Positions 47,728 through 58,656 of a DNA stretch of 64,000 nucleotides are shown piece by piece. The translations under genes and the position numbers were made by a program. The DNA is taken from positions 32,001-96,000 of the forward strand of contig JANOQI010000041.1 in NCBI GenBank assembly GCA_031414775.1, in the 5' to 3' direction. The notes beneath the pieces are model-generated. The model had not been told where the DNA came from and made no database searches. It saw only the letters and a list, made by a program, of their open reading frames with translations. The stretch is from Synechococcales cyanobacterium VAR_4_metabat_354 (GTDB taxonomy: Bacteria; Cyanobacteriota; Cyanobacteriia; Cyanobacteriales; Chamaesiphonaceae). Each line of letters starts with the position of its first letter. Within the stretch, counting starts at the first letter, position 1.

Positions 47728-48612
47728 TTACCTTAAGCTTTCCCGTTCTTTAGGATTAATTAATTCACTCAGCCCCTCACCCAACAAAGAAAGGCCGGTA
47801 ACCATACCGGTGAGTGCCAATCCCGGAAAAAAAGTTGTCCACCAAATGCCAGTAGATAAAGCGGGCAGCGCCTCGCGCAGGTCGTGACCCCATTCTGGAA
47901 TTTCTTCGGGGAGACCCAAACCTAAGAAACCCAAACCACCCAGTACCAAAATCGAATCGGCTGCATTCAGAGTAAACAGTACCGGCACGCTTTGAATGAC
48001 ATTGGCCAGCAAATACTTACTCAAAACCCGAGGCGTGGAAGCACCTAATGCCTGAGCAGCTTCTACAAACATTTGGTTCTTGAGACTGGCCGTTTGGTTG
48101 CGTACCACCCGATAGTACTGGGGAATATAGGAAATACTGATGGCGATCGCCGCATTTAAAATGCCCCGTCCCACAATAAAGGACAGGGTGATGGAGAGTA
48201 GCAGTCCTGGCAGGGTGTAGATGGTATCCATCAAGAATAGCAGCGCTCGATCGAGGTTGCCGCCTAAGTAACCGCTGAGTAATCCCAAGGGCACCCCAAT
48301 CAATAAACTTAGCAAGGTAGCGGCAATGACTACCTGAAAAGCAGCTTGGGTTGCACTAAGCGTCCGCGAAAACACATCGTAGCCTTCTCGACTAGTCCCA
48401 AACCAATGTTGCCAAGAAGGCGGTTCATGGATGGGGTAGGTAATGGAGTCCTGTGGATCTAGCAATATCCCCATCTGGACGAAGAGGGGAGAAAATATGG
48501 CGATCGCCAGAAAAAGTATGGTCAAGACTAGCCCGGCCACTAACAACCGACTAGATAATTGGCGTCGCCGTAACACCTGACCGAAGAATGCAAGATTAGT
48601 TTTGACTGTCAT
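47728..48612 (-). CDS. Peptide/nickel ABC transporter permease (DppC/OppC-like)
   Basis: HWFGT..GYDVFSR, FVEAAQALGAS EAA loop, LGFLGLG and PEWG. Confidence 0.9.
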   Translation of the reverse strand: MTVKTNLAFFGQVLRRRQLSSRLLVAGLVLTILFLAIAIFSPLFVQMGILLDPQDSITYPIHEPPSWQHWFGTSREGYDVFSRTLSATQAAFQVVIAATLLSLLIGVPLGLLSGYLGGNLDRALLFLMDTIYTLPGLLLSITLSFIVGRGILNAAIAISISYIPQYYRVVRNQTASLKNQMFVEAAQALGASTPRVLSKYLLANVIQSVPVLFTLNAADSILVLGGLGFLGLGLPEEIPEWGHDLREALPALSTGIWWTTFFPGLALTGMVTGLSLLGEGLSELINPKERESLR

Positions 48613-48682
48613 TTAGTAATTGCCGTAATTGCGCCGCGAGCTAGCAAGATGTGCAGTAATTCTGACATATTTGTGCTTCCCT

Positions 48683-49483
48683 TCATAGCTTACAACTCGA
48701 ACCAAACAACATCTCCTCTGGCCGGTAAAGCATTTTGAGAGCATGAGGTCGTACGGAAATAGCCTGCGCAAACTTGAGGCAGCGCTGATCTGTCAGGGTA
48801 ATTATGCGGTCTTCACCTTGCGCCAACCACTGCTGAAAGTCTAACAAGCCAAAATGTTCTCGATCGCGCTGATGATAAAACTGTTCTAGTCGTCGCCACA
48901 GCTTCGGGAAAATTGGTGGTAATGTGGCTAACTGCGAGCAGACATTAAGGTCAAAACCCTGGTTCGATCGATCGGCTGGCCAAATGCCTAATTGCTGCTG
49001 GCGGGCCATCTGAGTCGCTGCCACTAATTCCTGACGGAGTTCGGGATAGAGCGTGTCATAAAACAGCGGATAAACCAGCCCGCGTAGTAATAAATGATAG
49101 TTGACACTCTGACGCAGTTCGGACTGACCGAGCCTAACCCAAGAGCCACTGGGTGCGGTCGGTTCTTGGGTGAAAGCAAAACACACTGGGCGGCCATTGG
49201 TGTCGCCATAGCCAGAGAGGATATAGCCTGGGAGACTATCTTGATTACCACCCAATAGTTGGAGGTTAGCCAACGTCGCATCACTAGAAAAAGGTCGCAG
49301 CGCCTTCTTTTCGAGGGCATCAATGCCTTCATAGCGTAGCTGAACTTCCCCATTGTCTTTAATATCAATCCGATTCTTGAGTTGCTTAAACAGCAGTGGC
49401 TGCTGAGCGCGAAACCTTACCGAATCGCCGTCAGGATTACCACTGCGGGGATTAAAAACACCTTGAATCAGCAGAAATGGCAT
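48683..49483 (-). CDS. Thermonuclease (SNase)-like protein
   Basis: PDGDSV, LRYEGIDALE, DTNGRP, SVNYHLLLRGL and ARQQQLGIW. Start set at ATG 49483. Confidence 0.7.
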   Translation of the reverse strand: MPFLLIQGVFNPRSGNPDGDSVRFRAQQPLLFKQLKNRIDIKDNGEVQLRYEGIDALEKKALRPFSSDATLANLQLLGGNQDSLPGYILSGYGDTNGRPVCFAFTQEPTAPSGSWVRLGQSELRQSVNYHLLLRGLVYPLFYDTLYPELRQELVAATQMARQQQLGIWPADRSNQGFDLNVCSQLATLPPIFPKLWRRLEQFYHQRDREHFGLLDFQQWLAQGEDRIITLTDQRCLKFAQAISVRPHALKMLYRPEEMLFGSSCKL

Positions 49484-49595
49484 GAGGGTATTAAAAACAG
49501 TTGTGCAGATCCAGAAAGTAGCACAAGGGGTGACCAAAAATTTGAATAAATCTAGAACAATGGAAGTAGATTTTCACAGAGAACCGAGATCAATT

Positions 49596-50366
49596 ATGTA
49601 CATTAACCTGGCGATCGGCAACGTCCTTCTTCTCCTCTTAGCTGCGATTATTTTTGGGGTACTCAATTTTTTCAAAATCTCCGCTGGTAATCTTCTCGAT
49701 TGGGTGCTGGGAATCGCCATCTTAGAATGGCTAATAGTAATTGTGACGGTACCCTGGAATGTCTATTTTGCGGCCAAGCAGGCGAGTGAAACAGCGATCG
49801 ATTCTCAGCAAAAAGGTATCTCGATCGAACAACGTCAACTGCGCTACATCCAAATGGTGAGCCAGCGGTCTTTAATCGTCGCTATTGTGCTGCACTTGTT
49901 ATCGGCGGCAGGACTTTACTGGATTGCCCAGGCTGGTTTGACTCCGTTGGGATATTTTGGTGCAGGAGCGGCACTGCTGCTAACGGTATTACGGCCAGCG
50001 ATTAGTACTTATGAATACTTAGCAGAACGTTTACGGTCAATACAGCAAGAGTTTTCCTATCCCCGTGCAGACATTAGTGAAGTGCGTGATCGAATATGGC
50101 AATTAGAAAGCGAGTTGAAATTTTTACAGGCCAAATTGGATGAAAATGACGCTGAATCTTGGTTAAGTGAACAAATGCAGCGCTGGCAAAGAAACCAGTT
50201 GGAGCTAGCTAGTTGGAGTGCTCAAATACAGGAACTACGGGCATCTAATAATATTGATCACGATCGATTGAGTCGCGAAGCCCAGCAAGCGATTTCTCAA
50301 CTGACTGTAGATGGTCAGTTTCTTGATCATGTGCGAGAAATAATCAGATTTTTCAAGACCGCTTAA
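49596..50366 (+). CDS. Conserved hypothetical membrane protein with C-terminal coiled coil
   Basis: About four TM helices (IVTVPWNVYF, ALLLTVLRPA), then a coiled-coil tail. Start set at ATG 49596. Confidence 0.7.
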   Translation: MYINLAIGNVLLLLLAAIIFGVLNFFKISAGNLLDWVLGIAILEWLIVIVTVPWNVYFAAKQASETAIDSQQKGISIEQRQLRYIQMVSQRSLIVAIVLHLLSAAGLYWIAQAGLTPLGYFGAGAALLLTVLRPAISTYEYLAERLRSIQQEFSYPRADISEVRDRIWQLESELKFLQAKLDENDAESWLSEQMQRWQRNQLELASWSAQIQELRASNNIDHDRLSREAQQAISQLTVDGQFLDHVREIIRFFKTA

Positions 50367-50491
50367 GGTGGCATGGCCTAATGCTCTGAGCCGTCAAATG
50401 GCTGAATTAGGCTAATTTAAACTAGTGCCTGTCATTTTGGCTGGTGAATTGGGAATACTCTCACTATCTATTGATTAGTGCCTTGCTTTTC

Positions 50492-51136
50492 ATGAATAAT
50501 TCCCAGCAATCTTTGTTCTTTTTGGCCATTGGAGAAGCAACCTACTCTGAAATAGATTGTCTCAATAATCTATTTCAATGTGTAGAAAGTCCGGTGGAGT
50601 ATTGGTCTCTAATGCAACCAGATCATCTGCGTCAAATTATTCGTAATGCCGAACAGCGATTATTGAAAATTTGCTTACAATGTATGACCGAAAAATTTGA
50701 CGGTTTGGCCAGCACCGATTCAGAATTTAGCTCATCGGAGTTGAAGCCTTCTTTTTATATGATGTCGAAAGTAAAACAATTTATTGACGGTGACATTGAT
50801 GTCATTGGTAAGGAAGTTGGCCAATATGAATATAGTTATCAATTGTTTATTAATTCCAGACAGAAGTACGAAAATTGTTTGATTCAATTAAATGTTAGTC
50901 AAACCAATCTAGCTAGCATAGCGGTCTCCCCAGCAACATCGGTGAATAGCGTGAACAGTTTTGCTTCGCTAAATTTAGCGCAGCAAGACTTTGAAAAACA
51001 GAATCAGCAGCTCCGTCGGCATTTTGCTGAAATCTTGCAAAAAACAGCTACATACTTAGATGGTATGCAAGAACGGACTTTTCAGGCGATCTCCAGGTAT
51101 ATCGATCAATTAGAATCTCATCAGTTTTGGGTTTAG
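50492..51136 (+). CDS. Hypothetical protein
   Basis: Open ORF of >200 codons, predicted helical; no motif recognised. Confidence 0.5.
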   Translation: MNNSQQSLFFLAIGEATYSEIDCLNNLFQCVESPVEYWSLMQPDHLRQIIRNAEQRLLKICLQCMTEKFDGLASTDSEFSSSELKPSFYMMSKVKQFIDGDIDVIGKEVGQYEYSYQLFINSRQKYENCLIQLNVSQTNLASIAVSPATSVNSVNSFASLNLAQQDFEKQNQQLRRHFAEILQKTATYLDGMQERTFQAISRYIDQLESHQFWV

Positions 51137-52083
51137 TTCTTAACTTGAGCCACGATCGTCCGATGCCTAGGGCTGTTCGCGGTAATCGTCAGGGCGTGGA
51201 ACCCTGCCGCTTGCAATGTTCGATCGATCTCCAAACTAAAATATTGATCTAAATAGGGTTCAGTACTTTTGAGCAGGGTCAAAATATAGGGCGGCATTTG
51301 GCCATAAATCTCAGAAGCAGGATTCATATCCATAATTGCAATGTGGCCACCGGGTTTGAGCAAACGCCGTGCTTCCTGAAAAATTTGCAGCGTGGCCGCT
51401 TGCGGTAACTCATGACAAATCAGAAATAGCGAAACTAAATCGTAGCTGGCACTAGGTAAGCCCGTATTTTCGGCAGCAGCGTGTACCCAATTAATCTGGG
51501 GATGGCGAGCTGATCGATAATTGGCCACCGTTAAAAAGTAGGGCGACAGATCGACTCCCGTGATCTGAGCTTGGGGATAAACTGCTTGGAGGGCAAAAGT
51601 GCTCATCCCGACGCTACAGCCAATATCTACAGCCTGTTGAGGTGGTATGGGCAATTGCTCTTGCAAAATCTGGTGATAACTACGCCGCAGTTGGGCATCA
51701 CCCGCCCGGCCAGTTTCCGCAAAGATTTTGGCATGAACAGAATAGGCGGCTACTTCTACTTCCATCGCTGGTTTCCAGCCCATGTTGCCTTCGTCATAAG
51801 CATGGAAGGAAGTTAAATAATATTCTGGGTATTGAGTATCAGGATTTTGAATATCAGCTAGTTCGGCTTCCCATTGAGGTGCAAAATCTTTGCTGGTATC
51901 GCGGGCGCGCAGCTGCTTCACATCATTACGCCAAGCCACCCCGATCGCTTCAGCTCTTTTGATGATTAATCCGCGGGCTTGCTTTTTAGCTAAATTAGCT
52001 AGAGGTTTAACTGATAGCAAGCCATTTACCAGCTGTGTTGCAATGCGATTGCCGGTGCTATTGTTTTGGCTAAGAGTATTCAT
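51133..52083 (-). CDS. Class I SAM-dependent methyltransferase
   Basis: YPEYY..SFHAYDEGN, VDIGCSVGMST, TGVDLSPYFL, HELP and RLLKPGG. Confidence 0.88.
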   Translation of the reverse strand: MNTLSQNNSTGNRIATQLVNGLLSVKPLANLAKKQARGLIIKRAEAIGVAWRNDVKQLRARDTSKDFAPQWEAELADIQNPDTQYPEYYLTSFHAYDEGNMGWKPAMEVEVAAYSVHAKIFAETGRAGDAQLRRSYHQILQEQLPIPPQQAVDIGCSVGMSTFALQAVYPQAQITGVDLSPYFLTVANYRSARHPQINWVHAAAENTGLPSASYDLVSLFLICHELPQAATLQIFQEARRLLKPGGHIAIMDMNPASEIYGQMPPYILTLLKSTEPYLDQYFSLEIDRTLQAAGFHALTITANSPRHRTIVAQVKN

Positions 52084-52523
52084 GGCAAATGTCGATCTAG
52101 GTGGCTCTAAGGGATTATACCAATAATTTTATTGATGAATTTGGAGATTTTCATATCCGGATGCTGGTCTAGATTGCGCACCGCAAGCAATTCCAGCAAC
52201 CACCAATCGGTCAGATTTTCAAGTGCTCAGAGGATGGCTGGTAATCGATCGATAATATTCAAAGGGCTTAAAACATTGATGAACAGATATATTGAGTGAA
52301 AAGTATCAAAGTATTCAGTAATACAGTCTGTAATTGAACTAGCTACTGGAATTGAATAGCAATGTAAATACCGCATGTATAAATTGTAATAACTGCATTG
52401 AATCGACACTCATGTATCATCAACCACTTCTTTTCAAATAATTGTCATCTACAGTTGCGAGTGTGCGAATCCGAGATCAAGATTCGTCAAAATTTCATGG
52501 GCATTTACCACTAAGGAAACAGT

Positions 52524-53531
52524 ATGCTATCCCACCAAAAAGATCTAACATCAGGAATAGGTCGTTTTACCTGTCCCAACGTTTGGAAAGATACATATCA
52601 ACAAATTGAGAAGATTTTACAGAATTTTTACGGTTGCCAAGATTGCACTAAATTTTCTCCTGATATCAATCAAAGAATGTTATCCCAGGCAATACTTTCT
52701 ATTCCTATTTTGTGTGAATTGCAACAGCAAATCATCGCACTTAAGAATGATGGCTACTGTGCAATTATGATTGACAAATTTGGTTTGCAATCATTTGCAC
52801 CTGCCGATCGAAACAAATTATTATTCGCCTTTAGTATGGTCTTAGGCTATCCCACCCCTACCGATCCACACCAAGGACAACTGCTGTGGGATGTAAAGCA
52901 CCGTTCTTTACCTAAAGGACACTTTGCGACCTTCTCCGAACATAGCGATCGAGCGGCACTGCATACAGATACTCAATATTACGATAGCCCTGAAGATTAC
53001 TTCTTGCTCTATGTTGTGCGTTCAGCAGAGTGTGGTGGTGGTAAGTCTATGTTGTGCGATGGGCGAGAAATCCAGTCTTGTTTGTTAGAAAGTGCCCAGG
53101 GGCAAGAGGCTTTCGATGTACTTTCCACTTTCCACTTCCCTTTTCGTATTCCCACAACCTTTACTCAAGGCGGAACTGTTAATGCGATCGAAACTACCCA
53201 AGCTCCCATTTTTGGTGATGAACCCTTAATTCGGTTTCGTCACGATACTTTAGAAAAAGGTTTTCAAGCGCGACCCGATCTCGATGTGCCCGAGGCTCGC
53301 GAGGCGTTACGAGTATTACATCATGTATTGGAGAACAAAGTAAATGTGCTTAGTTACTATATGCAGGATGATGATTTAGTTATTTGTGATAACCATACGG
53401 CTCTACATGGTCGAACCATCTACTTGGATCATGCTCGACATTTTATTCGGGTACGAATGGGGCGTCAGCCTTTTATGCTGCCATCTAAAGGGGGCAATCT
53501 GATTTCTCCAATGCAGCCGGTTTATGCCTAG
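52524..53531 (+). CDS. TauD/TfdA-family Fe(II)/2-oxoglutarate dioxygenase
   Basis: LHTD (HxD) motif, P.Y..L..VRSAECGGG.S and DNHTALHGR. Confidence 0.85.
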   Translation: MLSHQKDLTSGIGRFTCPNVWKDTYQQIEKILQNFYGCQDCTKFSPDINQRMLSQAILSIPILCELQQQIIALKNDGYCAIMIDKFGLQSFAPADRNKLLFAFSMVLGYPTPTDPHQGQLLWDVKHRSLPKGHFATFSEHSDRAALHTDTQYYDSPEDYFLLYVVRSAECGGGKSMLCDGREIQSCLLESAQGQEAFDVLSTFHFPFRIPTTFTQGGTVNAIETTQAPIFGDEPLIRFRHDTLEKGFQARPDLDVPEAREALRVLHHVLENKVNVLSYYMQDDDLVICDNHTALHGRTIYLDHARHFIRVRMGRQPFMLPSKGGNLISPMQPVYA

Positions 53532-54670
53532 TGTGGCGTCTGCTGGCTGTGGCTCTAGCAGGATTTAGTGCTTTTCTGCATTTATATGCCACTCAATCGC
53601 TGCTCCCTCTGCTCACCAACGTTTTTCATGTTTCCAAAGTTGAAGCCAGTTTGACCGTTAGTGCCACCACAATCGGAGTTGCCTTGGCGGCACCGGTGAT
53701 GGGTTTATTAGCCGATCGATTAGGACGTAAACATATTATTGTGATGGCTGTTTTTGGTTTGGCCGTTCCCACCTGGTTGGCTGCTACCGCCGCTGATATT
53801 TATACTTTGGTAGGTTGGCGCTTTGTCCAGGGACTGTTTATGCCCGCGATTTTTGCAGTTACTGTTGCTTATATCAGTGAGGAATGGGAGAGTCACCGGA
53901 TTGGTTCCGGGATGGCTGCTTATATTACCGGCAATATCCTCGGCGGAGTTTTGGGTCGATTTTTAGCAGGGGTGATTGCTGCCCATTGGGGATGGCAGTG
54001 GTCTTTTTTAGTATTGGGCTGTATTAATTTTCTTAGCGGTGCTGCTATTTGGGCTTGGTTGCCGCGCTCCCAAAATTTTAAGCGCGAGCATCAAACAGCT
54101 GTTTTGATTGCTAACATGCTGCGGCATTTACGTAATCCCCAGCTATGGGCAGCTTACATTGTGGGGTTTAATGTGCTCTTTTCCAATGTTAGTACTTTTA
54201 CTTATGTTAATTTTTATCTAGCAGCAGCACCCTTTCAGCTGGGAACTGCCGCTTTGGGATCGGTGTTTTTTGTTTATTTATTAGGTGCGGTGGTAACTCC
54301 GATCGTCGGACCTTGGATGGTACGACTGGGATATCGGACAACGCTAGCGATCGCCATTTTGACCGCCAGTACTGGTGTTTTAATGACTCTCCAGCCGACG
54401 CTGTGGGTGATCATTTTAGGACTAGCAATTAGTGCAGCAGGTATTTTTGTTTGTCAATCGGCAGCCAATAGCTATTTGGGTGCTGTTTCTGGGCCAGCTA
54501 AAGCAACGGCCGCTGGATTATACGTTGCATTTTATTATCTAGGTGGTAGTCTGGGGGCGATTGCTCCCGGATTTGCTTGGTCAGTTGGAGCCTGGCCCGC
54601 TTGTGTGGCGATGATTATAGCTGTGCAAATATCAACAGCGGTGCTGGCCTTAACTTTTTGGCGGTCTTGA
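53531..54670 (+). CDS. MFS transporter (YnfM-like)
   Basis: LYATQSLLP, GLLADRLGRK motif A, AYISEE and GLYVAFYYLGGSLG. The GTG start overlaps the upstream stop. Confidence 0.88.
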   Translation: MWRLLAVALAGFSAFLHLYATQSLLPLLTNVFHVSKVEASLTVSATTIGVALAAPVMGLLADRLGRKHIIVMAVFGLAVPTWLAATAADIYTLVGWRFVQGLFMPAIFAVTVAYISEEWESHRIGSGMAAYITGNILGGVLGRFLAGVIAAHWGWQWSFLVLGCINFLSGAAIWAWLPRSQNFKREHQTAVLIANMLRHLRNPQLWAAYIVGFNVLFSNVSTFTYVNFYLAAAPFQLGTAALGSVFFVYLLGAVVTPIVGPWMVRLGYRTTLAIAILTASTGVLMTLQPTLWVIILGLAISAAGIFVCQSAANSYLGAVSGPAKATAAGLYVAFYYLGGSLGAIAPGFAWSVGAWPACVAMIIAVQISTAVLALTFWRS

Positions 54671-56128
54671 CTTAGCAGCGGAACTTGGAGCAGTCGAGGA
54701 CGAACTCGGAACTACAACCATTGACGGAGTCTTTAAAGGCGAAAAATCATAGCTTGTTCCTGATTTTTTACCTGGTTGAACCTTAACTAAAGAAGCTTTC
54801 ATCAATCGATCACCTGACGGCAAAAATTGGATAGCTCCCGTTGCTCCTGGCACCGTAAAACCCGAATTCGACAGGGCTTGCTGTACTTGCTCGCGCGATT
54901 GACCGGACTTCAACCCAGAAATTGCCACCAGCGTTGCATCATAAGCCATTGCCGTTCGCCAGTTTCCAGAACCACCCCAAAGTTTATTGGCATTGGAAAC
55001 AAAGGAATTTCCGGTTACTATCGCCGGGTGCCAAGGAACTGCTAGTACCATATTATTCGCGTCAGCTTGACCTTGTTTCAGCGTTTCGATGGCATACATT
55101 GTCTGACTGCCAAAAATAGGCAATCTGCTTTTAGCTGCTTGTAATACACCAATGGCATGATGAACACCACTCAAAGATGGAGCCAGCACTAGCGCCTCTG
55201 CTCCGGCACTGATAGCTTGGCTAGGGACTTCACCGGCATCGAAGTTGGGGTCGGAAAAATCGCAGGGAGTCTTCAACACCTTACCGCCATTTTCAAATAC
55301 AGCGGTAGTAAACTCTTCTTGAAAAGACTGACTGGCCTCTGTCTTAGAAGCAAAACAGATGACCACCTTGGTTTTGCGGGCAGACTTAACAATGTGCTCT
55401 GCCAAAACGCTGGCCATGGCATTACTGCTAGGTGTTGTCCTAAATATATAACTGCCAATGCCGGATAAGTTTCTAGCAACACTGGTGGGAGAAATCATTA
55501 CTAGACCAGCTTCTTGATAGATTGGTGCTGCGGCTACGGAAGCTTCGCTGGCATTGTGCCCAATCACCGCTAGGATGCTCTTGTCTTTGGCAAATATAGT
55601 GGCAACTTGTTTAGCCATCTCCGGCATACTATTATCATTAGCAATTTCAACTTGCAGCAGTTTTCCTCCAATTCCACCATTTCGATTAAACTCTTGTTGA
55701 GCTTGAGCAACTCCCCGTAAAATTTCGCGAGCCACATTCAGGTTTCCCCCCACTGGAACGCTAGCTCCAATTTTAATGGTTGCTCCTTTCAGGGCGGCAG
55801 TGGCATTATTTAAATAAATCAAAGACTCTGGGTCATTGCGATTACTCTGAAGCGATGCTGCGAATTTTGTTGCTGCAGTTGAATAATCACCACTGGCATA
55901 AGCTTTAGTAGCTGCTTGTTTCTCTGGCAAATTATCTTCTGTCACCAATACTTGTTGACCCAAACTCAGCTGCTTTGAAATTGCCACCGAACTTACTTTG
56001 CTACTGTTCGAACTAGGGATTCCCTTGAACGCCAATCCCTGTGATCTATTACTGAGCAACCAGAACACTGCTGGTCCAATTAAGGCCAAAAGAATCAAAT
56101 ATACGTATAGAACTAAATTCTTGTTCAT
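54650..56128 (-). CDS. Branched-chain amino-acid-type (LivJ/LivK-like) substrate-binding protein with N-terminal anchor
   Basis: EILRGVAQAQ..N..GGIGGK, ILAVIGH.AS, YIFRT.P and TAMAYDA. Confidence 0.82.
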   Translation of the reverse strand: MNKNLVLYVYLILLALIGPAVFWLLSNRSQGLAFKGIPSSNSSKVSSVAISKQLSLGQQVLVTEDNLPEKQAATKAYASGDYSTAATKFAASLQSNRNDPESLIYLNNATAALKGATIKIGASVPVGGNLNVAREILRGVAQAQQEFNRNGGIGGKLLQVEIANDNSMPEMAKQVATIFAKDKSILAVIGHNASEASVAAAPIYQEAGLVMISPTSVARNLSGIGSYIFRTTPSSNAMASVLAEHIVKSARKTKVVICFASKTEASQSFQEEFTTAVFENGGKVLKTPCDFSDPNFDAGEVPSQAISAGAEALVLAPSLSGVHHAIGVLQAAKSRLPIFGSQTMYAIETLKQGQADANNMVLAVPWHPAIVTGNSFVSNANKLWGGSGNWRTAMAYDATLVAISGLKSGQSREQVQQALSNSGFTVPGATGAIQFLPSGDRLMKASLVKVQPGKKSGTSYDFSPLKTPSMVVVPSSSSTAPSSAAKSRPPKS

Positions 56129-56607
56129 TTTGGGAGGGTTTATACCTCTGTTGGTTAAATATTGATTAGATTACAGCGTTATATCCAAATATCCAAAATA
56201 AATCAAATCATGTTCTTGTTTATCTTTTGGATAAATACTTCAGTTTTGTGAAAAAATGTTGAATGGCTCTGTTCTTGATGAAACTGGGTTACTTCATTTA
56301 ATTCGCACTAGTTGCGGGACATAATATTATATGCATTAATGCAGAGGATTTTCAAGTGTTTAGTGGTAATCGATCAAAGATACTTTAACAAAACCCGTCA
56401 GAGAAAAGAGTCTGACTGACGGATAGAAGTCCCGTAATTCTTTCCCAGCAATAACTACATGATCGATTTTAACCTCGGCTGTGAGCCTCAAACCCTTTGA
56501 CTTCGTGGACAGCTTGAGAATATTGCAGTGAAAATCAAGGAATCCCAAAAATAAAACTAAGATAGTTTGTAATAATTATCTTGTTTATACCAGAGAAAAC
56601 TACCTTT

Positions 56608-57711
56608 TTATAGATTTTGTAGTAAGTAAGCAATTGAGCTTGTTAAAGCACTTAAATCGTGTTTTTTGTACCATTGATGGGCATTGTTGGCAATGGTTTG
56701 AGCAAGAATAGTGTCAATGGTTTTTTTATTCTGAATTGACCAATAATGTTTCCCTAATTCAATTTCATATTGATTATTGCCAACATTTTCAGTATTAAAA
56801 ACTGAAAGTAATTGGTGAGCACAATAGGCTGCAAATACGCCAGATTTACCGGCATATTGTGCTGGATAGTTTATGAACCCTGCTTTTGCCGAGCTTAAGA
56901 TTTCTGAGATTTCTGAGCTTGGCAAAATTCCCATTGAATTTACTTTGACTTGAGGAATATTTTTGATGACATTTTTTGAATTAGCCCCAATATCATAAAT
57001 TTCTTGAATTCCTAGTTGGTGGCAAATATCGGTTAATTGGTCGAGGCAGTCCGTATAAATAAGCTGACGGAGACTAGCATTACCAAAGGTCACTAACCAA
57101 GGTCGTCTTTGCTCCAAGGGCAATAATATATTAGGTTCCCCAATATTAGAAATTACTGGCCATATAGAAGTTTGATCAACATGATCAGACGAGAATTTTT
57201 TAATCCTATCAGCAAATATCTGGTTGCTAGTTATTGCTCGATCGCAAAGTTGAGCTAGATCTTTGGCAATTTTTTGTTGGAGAGGTGATGTCCAAAATTG
57301 ACTACTCCAAGGCAAATTAGATGTAGCGTAAAGTTCGTGAAATATGATGACTAGTCGCCGATTCTTTTTAGAAGATCGCCATTTTTGTAAAGTATCTAAT
57401 AACCAGAATGGACAGCCTCGCTGGGCATAACCATAACCAACGTAGTGCAGCAAAATGGTATCTAATTCATGATGTTGCTCTAAGATAGATAATAATGCTG
57501 GACTGGTGCGCTCCGGTAGCTGAATGGGACTCAATAATTCTTTTGTGTTAGCCTCGACTGGTTTTTGAGGATCGCAAGCAATGAACTGGGTAGAAATCCC
57601 AAAATTTGTTTGCAAAGAACGTGCTAGTAGATCAGCATAGTCACCTACTCCATCAACAATGGGAGGTAATCTGGGTACGATCATGATGCAGGAGTTGCGA
57701 TTTAGGAGCAT
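56608..57711 (-). CDS. Putative GT-B glycosyltransferase
   Basis: PRLPP.VDGVGDYA, LHYVGYGY..RGCP, FHEL, SNIGEP and KSGVFAAYCAH. Confidence 0.75.
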   Translation of the reverse strand: MLLNRNSCIMIVPRLPPIVDGVGDYADLLARSLQTNFGISTQFIACDPQKPVEANTKELLSPIQLPERTSPALLSILEQHHELDTILLHYVGYGYAQRGCPFWLLDTLQKWRSSKKNRRLVIIFHELYATSNLPWSSQFWTSPLQQKIAKDLAQLCDRAITSNQIFADRIKKFSSDHVDQTSIWPVISNIGEPNILLPLEQRRPWLVTFGNASLRQLIYTDCLDQLTDICHQLGIQEIYDIGANSKNVIKNIPQVKVNSMGILPSSEISEILSSAKAGFINYPAQYAGKSGVFAAYCAHQLLSVFNTENVGNNQYEIELGKHYWSIQNKKTIDTILAQTIANNAHQWYKKHDLSALTSSIAYLLQNL

Positions 57712-57850
57712 ACTAGGTTAGTTTTGAATGTCTGCAATTCTATTTTTAGGCAACGCTTTAACATCTTTTATTAATTAGCAAGAAAATTTGTCTTAGAACG
57801 ATTCTGATTTGTTGTTCGATCGCTATGTAATACAAACTGTATTTTCCGAT

Positions 57851-58465
57851 TCAGTAATGCTTTTTAATAGTTGCTGGGTTGCCAGCAATTAAAACTCTAT
57901 CAGTAGTATGAAATGTTTTTGTTACTACACTGCCTGCACCAATCATCGCTTGATTGGGGATGTTACAGAGGAGGATGGTGCTGCGTGCCCCGATATAAAC
58001 TTCTTCACCAATCTCGATGTTAATTGGGATCAAATTTGGAATATTTTCTTCGATAGTTCTAGTGTGACTCCACAGGTGTGTATCACGGCCAGCAAAAACG
58101 CTTTCGCTACCGATTTTTACGGTACCTGCGACATCAATGAAGTGATTATTCATAAATAATACTTTATTTTTTAATATCAATTGTCGAGTCCAACCAGATT
58201 CTTCTGGATAGGTGATAGTAGAACCAGAAAACTGATTGAACTTACCAAAGTAGCAGTCATTGCCGATTTCAAGATATTTTATGCGCTGGAAAATATTCAA
58301 ATGTCCGATGTGTACATTGTTCTTAATAACTACTTTTTCAGCATTAATGTAAGTTAAGCCAATTTTTGCATTTTTACCAATTTCCCAACCTAAGAAAAAT
58401 CGATAAACAAAACATTTCACTGGTGATGGTAAGAAAACAGCAATTATTAGTAATAAGCTTCTCAT
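57851..58465 (-). CDS. Hexapeptide-repeat acyltransferase
   Basis: IGKNAKIG, IGEEVYIGA, IGAGSVVTK and AGNPA. Confidence 0.82.
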   Translation of the reverse strand: MRSLLLIIAVFLPSPVKCFVYRFFLGWEIGKNAKIGLTYINAEKVVIKNNVHIGHLNIFQRIKYLEIGNDCYFGKFNQFSGSTITYPEESGWTRQLILKNKVLFMNNHFIDVAGTVKIGSESVFAGRDTHLWSHTRTIEENIPNLIPINIEIGEEVYIGARSTILLCNIPNQAMIGAGSVVTKTFHTTDRVLIAGNPATIKKHY

Positions 58466-58656
58466 TATTTTTAAACTGCATTCAGTAAGCCAGATATTTG
58501 GCTGCTTACTTGGACAGGAATATATTAACTATAGTAATCTCGCTAATTATATATCTCTTTTTGACACTTGACTTTTACAAATGAATATTTATGACATTAA
58601 GACATTGAATTATTTGTCTGGTGACTCTCAAATCAAGGTGTTCGATCTGACATACA

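Noticed and set aside
56360..56548. 62-aa ORF or riboswitch/MITE in the intergenic region
   Set aside because: No protein motif, no terminal inverted repeats with target duplication, and no riboswitch consensus I can support.
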